From assembly GCF_030684315.1 (NCBI RefSeq), contig NC_081362.1, forward strand, positions 95,711,187 through 95,775,186: a DNA stretch of 64,000 bases. Reading direction: 5' to 3'. The translations under genes and the position numbers were made by a program. This stretch comes from Stegostoma tigrinum (lineage: Eukaryota). The notes below the pieces were generated by a model, which had not been told where the DNA came from, did not search any database, and was given only the letters and a program-made list of their open reading frames with translations. How positions within the stretch are numbered: position 1 is the stretch's first letter; each line of letters opens with the position of its first letter. Below, in pieces: positions 28,791 to 39,774 of the stretch.

Positions 28791-30170
28791 GGGCTAATAC
28801 TAAAAGAATGAAGGAACATGGGGATTGTTAAAAAAAATGTATTTGAGGTAGAAGATCAACATTGACTGTATCGAATGATGGGGGGCTTGAAGGGCAGAAT
28901 TTGATCATTTTAGTCATTTGTATTAGTCACAGGAATCCCAGAAGTGGAAATGCAAATCACTGAAATATCATAAGCAGTTTTCATGCAAGAAAAAAAGGTT
29001 ATATTCGAAAAGTGTTGAACCCAATGCGGAGTCTAAAAAGTAAATGAGTGAGAGGTGAAGTATTCTTCCTCAAACTTCTGTTGATCACACGAGAAGCGTG
29101 CAGGAAGACAGGAGGTCAGGGTTGCACAGGCTTTGTGGAGGTGTTCTGTAATGAAATAAACCTTTTGTTCTCTCCAACATAAAACATGCAATATGTTAAA
29201 CCGTCTGGGCTCTGCCTTTCCGGACCTGCTCAGTTTCCCTACTAGCAAACTGAGAATGCTGGACAAACCCAGCACATCTGGCAGTATCTGTGGAAAGAGA
29301 AACAGAGTTAATGCTTTGAGCCTGGTGTGGCTTCTTCTGATCAGAAACTTGGATTTTTCTAAAAAAAAACAGGTATATACTTTGAATCAGACGTAATGCA
29401 AAAGTCAAAGAGGATGTCAATGGTGGTGACAGAGAAAGAGAGATGTGAAATGGGTGTCAATTTATGTGTGAGTGAATACTCTCTACTAGCAGCAAACAAG
29501 ACATAAACAAGATGAAGTGGGTGAGGTGTAGGAAGAGAAGGTGAGAAAATGGGGAACAGAGTCAGATTATGGAGCTGTTGAGTTCCCCACTGAAGCTGTG
29601 AAGTACCCAAGCAGAAAATTTAAGGTGTTGTTCCTTGAGCTTGTGTTTGTGCTTCATTAGAATATTGCAGCAGGCGCAGGTCAGAAATGTTAACACTCTT
29701 TCTCCCTGCTTCTTTGACCACTTCTACTCATCTCCCCTACTGCAGCTCAGTGTTAGATTTTTATGGCAATCTTGTGAAGCACTTTACGTTATCGTATTAC
29801 ATTAACGAACTAAGTGCCAGCTATTGCATCCACTAATCCATTGATCTGTCTATCCATTCCGGTCTCATTCCAATCCGCACTACTATCCCTGCAGCGTTTA
29901 CCCTGCTTTCCGCAGTAACCGAGGCTTCTCTCCTCTCGCACCCCCCCCCCCCCCCCCCCGGTATTTAATTAAACGCTCAAAACACCTCGACACTTTCCAG
30001 TCCTGGTGGAAACACCGAGATAAGGGAGCGAATGCGGCGGAGTTGGAGGAGGAGGCATCGTTCGGACGAGGCGGGTTAAAACAAGGCACCATCTTTCCCC
30101 TCCCAACCATTTGGAAGAACCGTCACAAAAAAAAACAAAACACAACACTTCTCCTGCTAGCAACAGCTCA

Positions 30171-30208
30171 AAATAACAGTAATAATAACAGTAATAATAA
30201 TAATAACT
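30171..30208 (+). repeat. Imperfect (AAT)n microsatellite
   Basis: aataacagtaataataacagtaataataataataac. Confidence 0.85.
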
Positions 30209-30602
30209 ACAATGCCAGTAAGAATCTCACTTGGTTTTCAGCACTACAGTTCGAAGGGGCTGCAAAGCTCTTCGGGACATTGGTCAGGAAAGGGTGTTGT
30301 TTTTCAAACAAAAAAAAGGTACAAAAAAATAATATTTTGCTTGCAAGTTCTTTCCGATCTCTCTTCCAAAAGAAGCGAACGTCTCTGACGGAGCAAGGTT
30401 GCTGTGGGGAGGGGTGTTTAAAAAGTCGGTGGATGTTCGGCTCTGGACACACAGCAGCCGGTGCGAACAGGCTGGAACCAGTTAGAGGCAGGTTCGAGTC
30501 CTCCCAACAGCTTGTCTCCACAACTGCACCATCTCCCACCCACAACCCAGATTCAAAACCACCCCACTGCAAACTCCAGATAGATAGATGGAAACCATTT
30601 AC

Positions 30603-30700
30603 CTGAGTCTGGAAGGACCAAAGGCAGCAGAAGGACAGCGAAGTGGAGACACCAATCCTCGGGACAGAAAGGGACAACCCTCAGAAGGAGAGATAAATCC
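30603..30700 (-). other. Putative non-coding exon 1 of the minus-strand gene (5' end approximate)
   Basis: Minus-strand donor CTCAG|GTAAAT (intron begins at 30602) directly beside the promoter motifs. No ATG in the exon. Confidence 0.5.
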
Positions 30701-31150
30701 ACCTTGAGGGGGAGGGGCGGGGATGGGTGTACACCCTGCCTCGCTATAGGTCTATCTCACTCTGATTGGCATCAACCCCGACCAATGGGACCGGGGGAAC
30801 TAAAGGATGACGCGCCACAAGAGCAGAATCCCGCAAGAGGGAGACGCCGTTCCCGCGGGGTGCGCGCTCCCGGGGCCAGCGGCTGCGCGAGCACGAGAGG
30901 CCGGCTTCCAGGTGAGTGGAGGCGCGGGCTGGAGGCTCCTCACCTGCTGCCGGTGGCGGGGCTGGGACGATCGGCATCCCCGCTCACGGTGCGTTGCATT
31001 TGTATATCGACGGGGTTCATTCGCCCTCCCCCTTCCCCCCGTCACCCGCACGGCGCTGCCTAGTTTCGGGGGACTGGTCCCCGCTGCAATTAGGCGCAAT
31101 GTCAATGTGGGTCCTTCCCAGCATCGTCCACAGGCTTTGTATCCGCGAAT
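30700..31150. promoter_or_regulatory. CpG island / bidirectional promoter
   Basis: Sharp CpG and GC enrichment over flanks. GC box GGGGCGGGG 30714-30722, palindrome gggtgtacaccc 30725-30736, opposed CCAAT boxes (ATTGG 30765-30769, CCAAT 30782-30786), half-CRE TGACG 30808-30812, outward-facing splice donors on both strands. Confidence 0.75.
30830..30911 (+). other. Putative non-coding exon 1 of the plus-strand gene (5' end approximate)
   Basis: Consensus donor CCAG|GTGAGT (intron begins at 30912) inside the CpG island. Confidence 0.6.
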
Positions 31151-32227
31151 TGTTTCCGTGCAAAGACACAAAATAGCAAGCTAACTCCTCAAGGACAGGG
31201 CGTTATTGGGCTGAGGTCAGGCTTGAGACAGTGGGAACACAGTTGCCACATTTAAGATATATATAAATGTGCGTTTGCAGAGTGAAGAAATGGGAAGGCT
31301 ACATTCACATATTATTTTGCAACAGCTGGGTTCTCCATGTCACTGAGACGCTGGCCAGGAACAAGACACACACCCCCCCACCACCACCACCTCGCCTGTT
31401 CGAATCTTCTAAAAGCAGTTGATTTGCTTTCTGTTGGAGGGTGAGGTATTGGGTGAGACTGGTTTGCACCAAGTGCCAGGTTCTGTGTTCTCTTCTGATC
31501 GCTGGTCAAGAGTTCTTGCATTTCTTCATGCCTCTCCTTCAAAATGTCAAAAGATTTGAGACCTTATAGGATGGTTTCAGTCATGGATTCGTCTTCACAC
31601 TCATGAAATAGTGTCAGCTCTCCACAGATTGAAGGTGAGGCGGGAGATCAAGGACATTCAGCTAGTGTGTTTGGCTCCTTTATCTGTGAGTGTCTGTGCA
31701 TGAGTGAAAGAGTTTGCTGTGTGTGGTACTGACAAATCAACAGTTCAGTTTGAGAGTTCCAGGATTTTTGACCCAGTGACAAATGAAGAAAGGGCAAAAT
31801 AATTCAAGGCTGTTGTGTAGGGGAATGGGGTTCCTTTATCTCCACTGATCTCATCTTCCTTGGTGGTAGAGGACATGGTTCTGGAAGGTACTGTCAAAGG
31901 AGGCATGGCTTGTTGCTATGGCTCATCTTGAAGATGGCATGCATTGCTGTCAGATGACATTCATGGTGGAGGGAGTGTTGATGACAATACATGTGGTGCC
32001 AGTCAAGCAGACTACTTTCTTCTGGATGAAGTTGAGCTTCTTGAGTGTTGTTGGAGCTACATCCATCCAGGCAAGTGGGGAGTATTCTATCACACTCTGA
32101 CTTGTGCCTTGTAGATGGCAGAAGGGCTTCGGGGAGTTAATCACTGCAGGATTCCTAGCCTCTGACCTGCTCTGGTAGTCCAACATTCAATGGAATAGTA
32201 ACTAATCTGTGACTGAATTTCAGCACA

Positions 32228-32526
32228 TCAGAGAATCTGGACAGTGCAGAAAGAGGCCATTGACTCTGCACTGACCCTCCAAAGAGCATCCCACCCAGAC
32301 CCTGGTTTATCCTCGCAACACATCTCTCCCTGGATATAACGGGACAATTTAGCATGGCCAACCCACATAACCTGCACATCTTTGAACAGTGGGAGGAAAC
32401 TGGAGGAGCCCATGCAGACACAGAGAATGTGCAAACTTCATGTAGGCAGTCACCTAAGGCTGGAATCAAACCTGGGCCCCTGGCGCTGTGAGGCAGCAAT
32501 ATTAACCAGTGACCCACCATGTTGCC
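32228..32526 (-). mobile_element. HE1-type tRNA-derived SINE (V-SINE) with LINE-derived tail
   Basis: Minus strand: tRNA-like head (tggttaatattgctgcctcacagcgccaggggcccaggtttgattcc), core (gtttgcacattctc..tttcctcccac..caaagatgtgcaggtt..ggccatgctaaattgtccc), HER1-like tail. Confidence 0.8.
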
Positions 32527-33532
32527 TGAGTAACCAAGACTTTGTACAGCTGAAGTATGAATTGTACTTCCTTGCATACTGGTGCTCTAGATTATAACAA
32601 CCAACATTTCATTAGCCTTTTTGATTATTTGGGAACATAGTGTCTCGTGTTTTAAGCATGACGAGGAGTTTCTTGTCTGGCGAATTGTTAATTTTTGAGC
32701 CTAGAGAACAACGAAGCCTGGGTTGTAGAATATATTCCTCAGGTTTTTGATCCTTAATGGAATCAAGGGTTACAGGTGATGTTGTGACCACAAACAGATC
32801 AGCATGGTCTTATTGGCCCCAAGAGATGAACTACAAAATTCTCTGTAAATTTTTTTTGATGCTGCACAGACCTCCAATTTGTGTGGCAGTGGCTTCTGGA
32901 AGCAGGAAATATTCACCCACACTCCAGTCAACATGTGCAGAACTTCCCTTTGGCCGCACAGCCCAGAGGGAGTATTGGCTGAGTGGTTGCCTTCTACTCC
33001 TGTTCCACGCATTCTTGAGCTTGGTGCCCTTTTGTGAATGGTCAAACCTAAGTATCTGGACACTCCTGTCTCCTTGGAGATTTACTGTTACCATCAAGAA
33101 AGTGTTCTGCCCTATTCTTTTCTTGGGGACGTTATAGTGTGGTGGTAATATCATCGGACGAATAATCCCCAACACGAGGCTAATGTTTTTGAGTCATGAG
33201 TTTGAATCCCAGGCAGTGAAATCTGAATTCAATTTTTAAAATAGGTTAGCCTAATGATTACCATATTTGTCAATTTGCTCCACAAATTAGACGAGGGAAA
33301 AGAAAGCACATACCCAAATTTGCAGATGGCAGAAACAGAGTGAGTTTTGCAACCTGTGTGAATGTAAGTATGACATTTTCAGTGATTATCATGAAAGCCT
33401 GTCTGATTCACTAATATCCTATAGGGAAGTAAATCCTGGTCTCTTACCTGGTCTGATTTACATGTAACTCCAGAATCAGAGCAATGTGTCTGACTGGATG
33501 TGAGTTTGCTCGCTGAGCTGGAAGGTTAGTTT

Positions 33533-33575
33533 TCAGACGTTTTGTCACTATTACAGGTAACATCATCAGTGAGCC
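33533..33575 (-). ncRNA. Minimal type I hammerhead ribozyme motif of the PLE (core G mutated)
   Basis: Minus strand: gcuca CUGAUGA u guuac cuguaaua gugac aAAA CGUC uga. Core CUGAUGA, stem II guuac/gugac, GAAA changed to AAAA (CpG-type decay), palindromic ACGU stem III, GUC cleavage triplet. The plus-strand copy is split by Tx1 (34227-34252 / 39612-39627). Confidence 0.7.
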
Positions 33576-34466
33576 TCTGACGAAGCGCTGGTGTTATGTC
33601 CTGCTTTCTATTTATCTGTTTAGGTTTCCTTGGGTTGGTGATGTCATTTCCTGTTCTTTTTCTCAGAGGATGGTAGATTGATTTGGAGCCAATGTGGTTG
33701 TTGATGGAGTTCCGGTTGGAATGCCATGCTTCTAGGAATTCTCGTGCGTGTCTCTGTTTGGCTTGTCCTAGGATGGATGTGTTGTCCCAATCAAAGTGGT
33801 GTCCTTCCTCATCTGTATGTAAGGATACGAGTGACAGTGGGTCATGTCGTTTTGTGGCTAGTTGATGTTCATGTATCCTGGTGGCTAGCTTTCTGCCAGT
33901 TTGTCCAATGTAGTGTTTGTCACAGTTCTTGCAAGATATTTTGCCACAAAACGACATGACCCACTATCACTAGTATCCTTACATACAGATGAGAAAGGAC
34001 ACCACTTTGATTGGGACAACACATCCATCCTAGGACAAGCCAATCAGAGACACGCATGAGAATTCCTAGAAGCATGGCATTCCAACCGGAACTCCATCAA
34101 CAAACACATTGATTTGGAGCCAATCTACCATCCTCTGAGAAAAAGAACAGGAAATGACATCACCAACCCAAGGAAACCTAAACAGATAAATAGAAAGCGG
34201 GACATAACACCAGCGCTTCACTGGAGGCTCACTGTTGATGTTACCTAGAATGGTGACGGAACATCTGGGAACAAACCTTCAAGCTCAGTGAACCAGCTTA
34301 CATCCGGAACAAAATAAAGACCCACTCTCTTGTGGACCGAGAGGAGGAGAGTGCTGTGTTGGAGGTGAAAGGAAGACGTCGGGTTGGCTGTGCACCCTTG
34401 CAACCAGTGGATCTTAATGCTGGCTTCGGCCTAACGCTGGTTCAGGGGAGCAGCCAACCTGCAACG

Positions 34467-35900
34467 ATGGCTGCGGCAAGTGCTCGTGCCCCAGGTCAGG
34501 GGGTCCGGAACACCATCCGTGTTTCCGTGAAGAAGGTGGATGAAGTTGCACCTGTGGACCACACCTTCTTCGTGAAGAGGGTCCTGTTGGACTGTTGCGG
34601 GTTCGCTGCTGCGGACATTTACTGCCTGCAGGATTTCCCTGGAGGAGGTTTTTACGATGTGACCTTCAGGAGTGCCAAGCTTTGCGAGCACTTCCTGGAG
34701 GTTTTCAAGGAGAAAGGAGGTGAGGGTCCCCTCTCTGTATTGACCGCTGTCCCGCTGTTTGTGATGCCAGCGCAGAGGAGCCGTATGGTGACTGTACATA
34801 TGTACAATCCGCACGTGCCAGCAGTTGATGTCCTGACCTTCCTCGGAAGGTACGTGAAGGTGGAAGGGGACCTAACTGACATCATGGACCCCTTTGGCAT
34901 CTGGATGAGTAAGATGCAGGTGAAGGTGACGCTGAGGATGGGCGCGGACGGGAACGTCGTACACCCACCGTACAGCTTCGCGATCGGCGGGAGCAAGGGC
35001 TACCTGACCTATGCAGGGCAACCTAAAGTCTGCCATGCCTGTGGTAGGTCAGGTCATGTGGCGGCCGACTGCAAAGCCACCATCTGCAGGGAGGAGGGAC
35101 ACCTTGCAAAGGATTGCCCACGAGAGAGAAGCTGCAACCTTTGCGGGTAAGCGGGCCACCTCTATAGGGCATGCCCGCCGCGGGGGACCACCTACGCCCA
35201 GGTTGCCGGCAAGGGCAATGCGGGGCCAGGCCCCGGAGGAGAGGAAGGCACCAGGGCCCAGCAAGGACCCCACTAATGTGCAGGAGGGCCAGGTCATGCA
35301 GGAGGGCCCAGCCCCGCAGGATGGACCCGAGGCCAGCAAAGCGCCCCTGCAGGCTCCGCTCCCCCCCACCCCCCCAACAACCCGGAGTCGATGGAGGCGG
35401 CAACAGGCGACCCAGGGGACTGGACGACGGTCCGGAAAGCGAGGAGGAAGGTGTGTCGACGGGCCCAGGAACCGCAACCATCAGGCAGGAAGAGGCAGCT
35501 ACAGGGGGGGGGGGTATAAGAGCTCCTCTGACGATGGGGATTCGGAGAGGGCCTGCCCGAAGCAGAAGATAAAGATCTCCAGGGAGAAGGAAAGCAGCAC
35601 CACGCTTCCAGGTGACGGGAGGCTTCCTGAGGCTCCCTCCGACACCCAGTCAAGTGCCGCTGGGGCACTGGAGGGGCCCCCGGTACTTCCAGGCGGGAAG
35701 GAGGAAACAGCGCGTCTCCAGCCTGACCCAGAGCCGGACCCTCCTGCCTCCCCACCCCCGATGGGGGGATGCCACCCGGAAGGCAGCACGGACGGTTTCC
35801 TGAGCCTGGAGAGCGTCCAGCAGTTAGCCCGGGCAATGGGCATGAAGGGACAGATGGAGGGCTGGTCCTTGGACTTGGGGAGGGTACTGCGGTCACTGCC
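34467..35900 (+). pseudogene. Tx1 ORF1 (Gag-knuckle, ZCCHC3-like), disrupted
   Basis: MAAASARAPGQGVRNTIRV..DIYCLQDFPGGGFYDVTF..VHMYNPHVP..DVLTFLGRY..YAGQPKVCHACGRSGHVAADC..CREEGHLAKDC..CNLCG*AGHLYRACP. Premature TAA at 35148-35150, then a frameshifted Pro-rich C-terminus; end approximate. Confidence 0.85.
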
Positions 35901-35904
35901 CACA

Positions 35905-38900
35905 ATGGGGGTACGAGTTGCGAGCATTAATGTGCGCAGTGTCAAGTCCACCGCAAGATGTGTATCCACGTTGGCCTACCTGACCACCATCAAGGCGGAT
36001 CTCCTGTTTCTGCAGGAGTGCGGGATACCGCACCTCGGCAGGTACAGGAAATGGTCCGGCGCCTGGACCTGTGGGTCTTCGATCTGGTCGGGGGGGTAAC
36101 GATTGTCGCTCCTCGGGCCTGGCTATTCTGCTGCGGGGGCGCGACTTCACCATCGCTCAAGTTCAGGAGGTGGTGGGGGGGCGCCTCCTAGTAGCTGACG
36201 TCACCTACAGCAATGCTCCCCTGAGGCTGATCAATGTGTGCGCCCCAGCGGTACGGAGTGAGCGGTTGGCCGTCCTGCAGCGGCTTCCACCCCTGCTGGC
36301 TATGTCCAGGCCGGTCATCCTTGGCGGAGACTTCAACTACATCATCGATGCAGACGGAAGATCCGGCGTGGGGACAGCGGGTGGGGGGAGTCAACTGGGC
36401 GTCACGTCCCGATTCCTGATGGGCACGGTCAAGGACGCCAAGCTCCTCGACGTCTTCAGCACCACTGTAGACGAAGCGCAGCGGAGGTACACCTGGTCGC
36501 AGCCAGACGGGTCTATTCGCTCAAGGATAGACTTCCTGTTTGTGTCACGGGCGTTCTCTGTCAGGTCAACCAGCATGGAGCCGGTGTTCTTCTCTGACCA
36601 CTGCCTCCTGCTGGCCGACTGTCACTTACAGGACGACCAGCAGGCCGGCAAGGGGACGTGGAAGCTCAACACAACTCTGTTGACCCCAGAGAATGTCGAG
36701 GAGCTTAAGAGGGAGTACACTGGTTGGAGAACCGTGAAACCCCTCTTTGAGTCTCTGGGTGACTGGCGGGAGCCGGTGAAGGAGAACATCAAGAGGTTCT
36801 TTGTCCTCAAGGGTGTTCGGAAGGCAAGAGAGAGGCGGGGAAAGCTGTCGCGACTCCAGAAAAGGGTGCAGACCCTGCTCCTTCTGCAGTTGATGGGGGT
36901 CGATGTCACGGAGGACCTCCGCGACGTGAGGGGCCAGCAAGCCTCGCTCTTCGCCGCGGAGGCCTCCAGGATAATCTTCCGGTCCAGGGTCCGCTCCGTG
37001 GAGCAGGACGAGACGTGCTCGCGTTTCTTCTTTCAGAAGGTGCACAAAGCGAGCTCTGTGCTTAGCCGGCTGAAGGAGGACGACAGCTCGGTGACGTCCT
37101 CTCGGCCCAACATTTTGAGGATCAGCAGATCCTTCTATGCCGGACTGGACGACATGAAGCCCACGGACAGCACGGCCTCAGAGTCGTTCCTGTGGTCTAT
37201 CACGGAGGTCTTAGACGATGGCACGAGGGAGTGGCTGGACCGGCCGATATCCCTGGACGAGCTGACCAGAGCCCTCAAGTCCTTGGAGAGGAATAGGACT
37301 CACGGGAGTGACGGCTTACTGGTCGAACTGTATTCCGCTCTGTGGGACCTGGTTGGCCAGGACCTGCTGGAGGTGTACGATAGTGCGCTTCGGGCAGGGG
37401 AAATGTGCGTGCAAGTCCATGAGGAAGGGCATCATCTCCCTCATTTACAAGAGGAAGGGGAGAGGGAAGAAATTAAGAATTGGCGTCCCATTTCACGATT
37501 GAACGTGGACTACAAAATCCTGGCCAAGGTCATAGCCAACTGGGTCAGGTCTGTCCTGGAGTCGGTGATTCACCCTGACCAAACCTGTGCTGTGCCGGCC
37601 AGGAAGATCGCTGAGAGCCTCGCGCTCATCAGGGATACAATTGCCTACGTACAAGACAGGCAGGTGGACACCTGCCTCGTCAGCCTGGACCAGGAGAAGG
37701 CCTGCGACAGGGTCTCTCATGCTTACATGAGGGACATCCTCTCCAAATTGAGGTTCGGGGAGGGCATCCGCAATTGGATCCGGCTGCTCTACGCCAACAT
37801 GGTTAACGCAGTCTCGATCAACGGGTGGGAATCGGACAGTTTTCCCGTCAGATCTGGAGTCAGGCAGGGCTGCCCGCTCTCTCCTGCCTTGTTCATGTGC
37901 TGTGTGGAGCCCTTCGCCGCATCCATCAGGAAGGACGTGAGCCTGAAGGGCGTGACTATCCCAGGCAGCGGAGGCCTTCAGGTCAAGACCTCCCTGTACA
38001 TGGACGATGTCGCCGTCTTCTGCACCGATCGTTGGTTGGTGAGTGAGCTGTTGGACACCTGCGGCCAGTTTGAACTGGCCTCGGGTGTCAAAGTCAATAG
38101 GGGTAAGAGCGAGGTCATGTTCTTCGGGAACTGGGACAACCGCTCCTTCATCCCCTTCACCGTCCGGACAGACTACCTGAAGGTGCTGGGTGTTTGGTTT
38201 GGTGGAGCTGGGGCGTGCACTAAGACTTGGGAGGAGCGTATCACCAAATTGAAGCAGAAGCTGGGCTGGTGGACGCTCCGGTCCCTCTCCATCGCGGGTA
38301 AGAACCTGGTTGTCAGGTGCGAGGGGCTTTTGGTACTGTTGTATGTGGTGCAGGCCTGGCCTATTCCCTGGACCTGCGCCGCTGCAGTCACCCGGGCCAT
38401 CTTCCACTTCATTTGGGGGTCGAGGATGGACCGGGTCCACAGGGACACCATGTACAAAGACCTCGAAAATGGGGGAAAGGGCGTACTGAACGCCACCCTC
38501 GCCCTGACGGCTACCTTTGTGTGCGGCTGCATCAAGCTGTGCATAGATCCTCAGTACGCAAACACCAAGTGTCACTACTTACTGAGGTTCTACCTGTCCC
38601 CGGCGTTGCGAAGGATGGGCCTGGCCTCGTTGCCGCGGAACACTCCGAGTAGTTGGACCGTCCCGTACCACCTGTCCTTCATGGAGAAATTTTTGAAAGG
38701 AAGCACCTTTGACCACAAGGCCGTCAGGCAGTGGTCAGCACATAGTATCCTCGAGACCCTTCAGGAAAAGGAGAGGGTGGATCCCGTCGTGTGGGTCCCC
38801 ACGCAGACTGCCAAAGTCGTTTGGCAGAATGCCTCATCGCCAGAACTTTCAAACAAGCACAAGGACATTGCTTGGCTGGTGGTGAGAGGGGCTCTGCCAG

Positions 38901-39328
38901 TGAGATCCTTTATTCATGCCCGGAATCTCTGCGTCACCGCACGCTGCCCTCGAGGTGGCTGTGGGGGGGACAAGACTGTCGATCACCTCCTTCTGGAGTG
39001 TGCCTATGCGCAGGAGGTCTGGAGGGGGATTCAGTGGTATTTGTCGAGGTTCGTCCCGAGCAGCTTCGTGACACGGGACTCCGTGCTCTACGGGCTGTTT
39101 CCGGGGACGCACACCGAGACCAACATCAACTGTGCCTGGAGGACCATCAATGCGGTGAAAGACGCTCTTTGGTCTGCCCGCAACTAGCTGGTCTGCCAGC
39201 TGAAAGAACTGACTCCGACCGAGTGTTGCAGACTGGCGCACTCCAAGGTCCAGGACTACGTGCTGAGGGACGCGCTAAAGCTTGGGGCTGCCACCGCCAG
39301 GGCGCGGTGGGGAAAGACCACCATATGA
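35905..39328 (+). pseudogene. Tx1 ORF2 (EN-RT-ZnF), disrupted
   Basis: MGVRVASINVRS..FLQEC; GGDFN; SRIDFLF; FSDH; NWRPIS.LNVDYKILAK; LDQEKA.D; GVRQGCPLSP; LYMDD; CPRGGC..DHLLLEC. Frameshift in the G-run at ~36090, compensating frameshifts ~37408-37460, premature TAG 39185-39187, natural stop TGA 39326-39328. Confidence 0.92.
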
Positions 39329-39774
39329 AACCTCGCATCCAGAATAGAAAAAAGGGCCCTATCTGGTACCTGGGCCCAGCTGGCGCCTTCCCCAACTGGT
39401 CAGGGGGCCAACTGGAACTATGCGGGGTGACGACTGCCGGGGTATTTTCTTTGCTTTGTTTTTTGTTTCTTCTTTGTTTGTTTTTTTCCTTTAGTTGATG
39501 TATGTACCCCCTGGGTAACCCGGAGCGGCTTGCATGACTGGGTAGGTGTATAAATATGTTTTATTTTTTGTACATCTTATGAATCAAGTATATTTTTTCA
39601 AATAAAAAAAAGTGACGAAACGTCTGAAAACTAACCTTCCAGCTCAGCGAGCAAACTCACATCCAGAACCTCAACCTGAACTGCAAATCTTCTCAAAACT
39701 TCTCATGTGTCTGACTCTCCGACAGTTATGGTTGGGCAATAATTGCTGCCCCATCTCTTAATTTTTTTTTAATA

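Larger units (their letters stand above)
34253..39611 (+). mobile_element. Near full-length Tx1-group (L1 clade) non-LTR retrotransposon
   Basis: GC- and CpG-rich 5.3 kb block. ORF1 with CCHC knuckles; ORF2 with APE endonuclease, RT and C-terminal Zn finger; T-rich 3' UTR; A-tail ending at 39611. Confidence 0.95.
33496..39704 (+). mobile_element. 5'-truncated Penelope-like element (GIY-YIG C-terminus + terminal repeat) in inverted-repeat configuration, interrupted by Tx1
   Basis: ORF 33526-33957(-) is a GIY-YIG endonuclease (CKNCDKHYIGQTGRKLATRIHEH..FDWDNTSIL..REFLEAWH). 33944-34252 plus 39612-39704 is the inverted copy. The whole unit is flanked by 12-bp TSD atgtgtctgact (33484-33495, 39705-39716). 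Confidence 0.9.

Noticed and set aside
30761-30815. MHC class II-like X2/Y box arrangement (CGTCA..ATTGG)
   Set aside because: No X1 box match and spacing differs; generic NF-Y/CRE sites suffice.
30043-31184. Overlapping ORFs of 77-187 aa across the CpG island (including poly-Asn)
   Set aside because: By-products of GC richness and an AAT microsatellite; mostly non-ATG starts and no domain similarity.
35011-36099. 362-aa ORF that seems to fuse ORF1 C-terminus with ORF2 N-terminus
   Set aside because: Probably produced by frameshifts in homopolymer runs of a decayed copy; it cannot be taken as a real fusion without a consensus.
37493-38575. 360-aa antisense ORF in Tx1
   Set aside because: Shadow ORF of GC-rich, codon-biased RT sequence.
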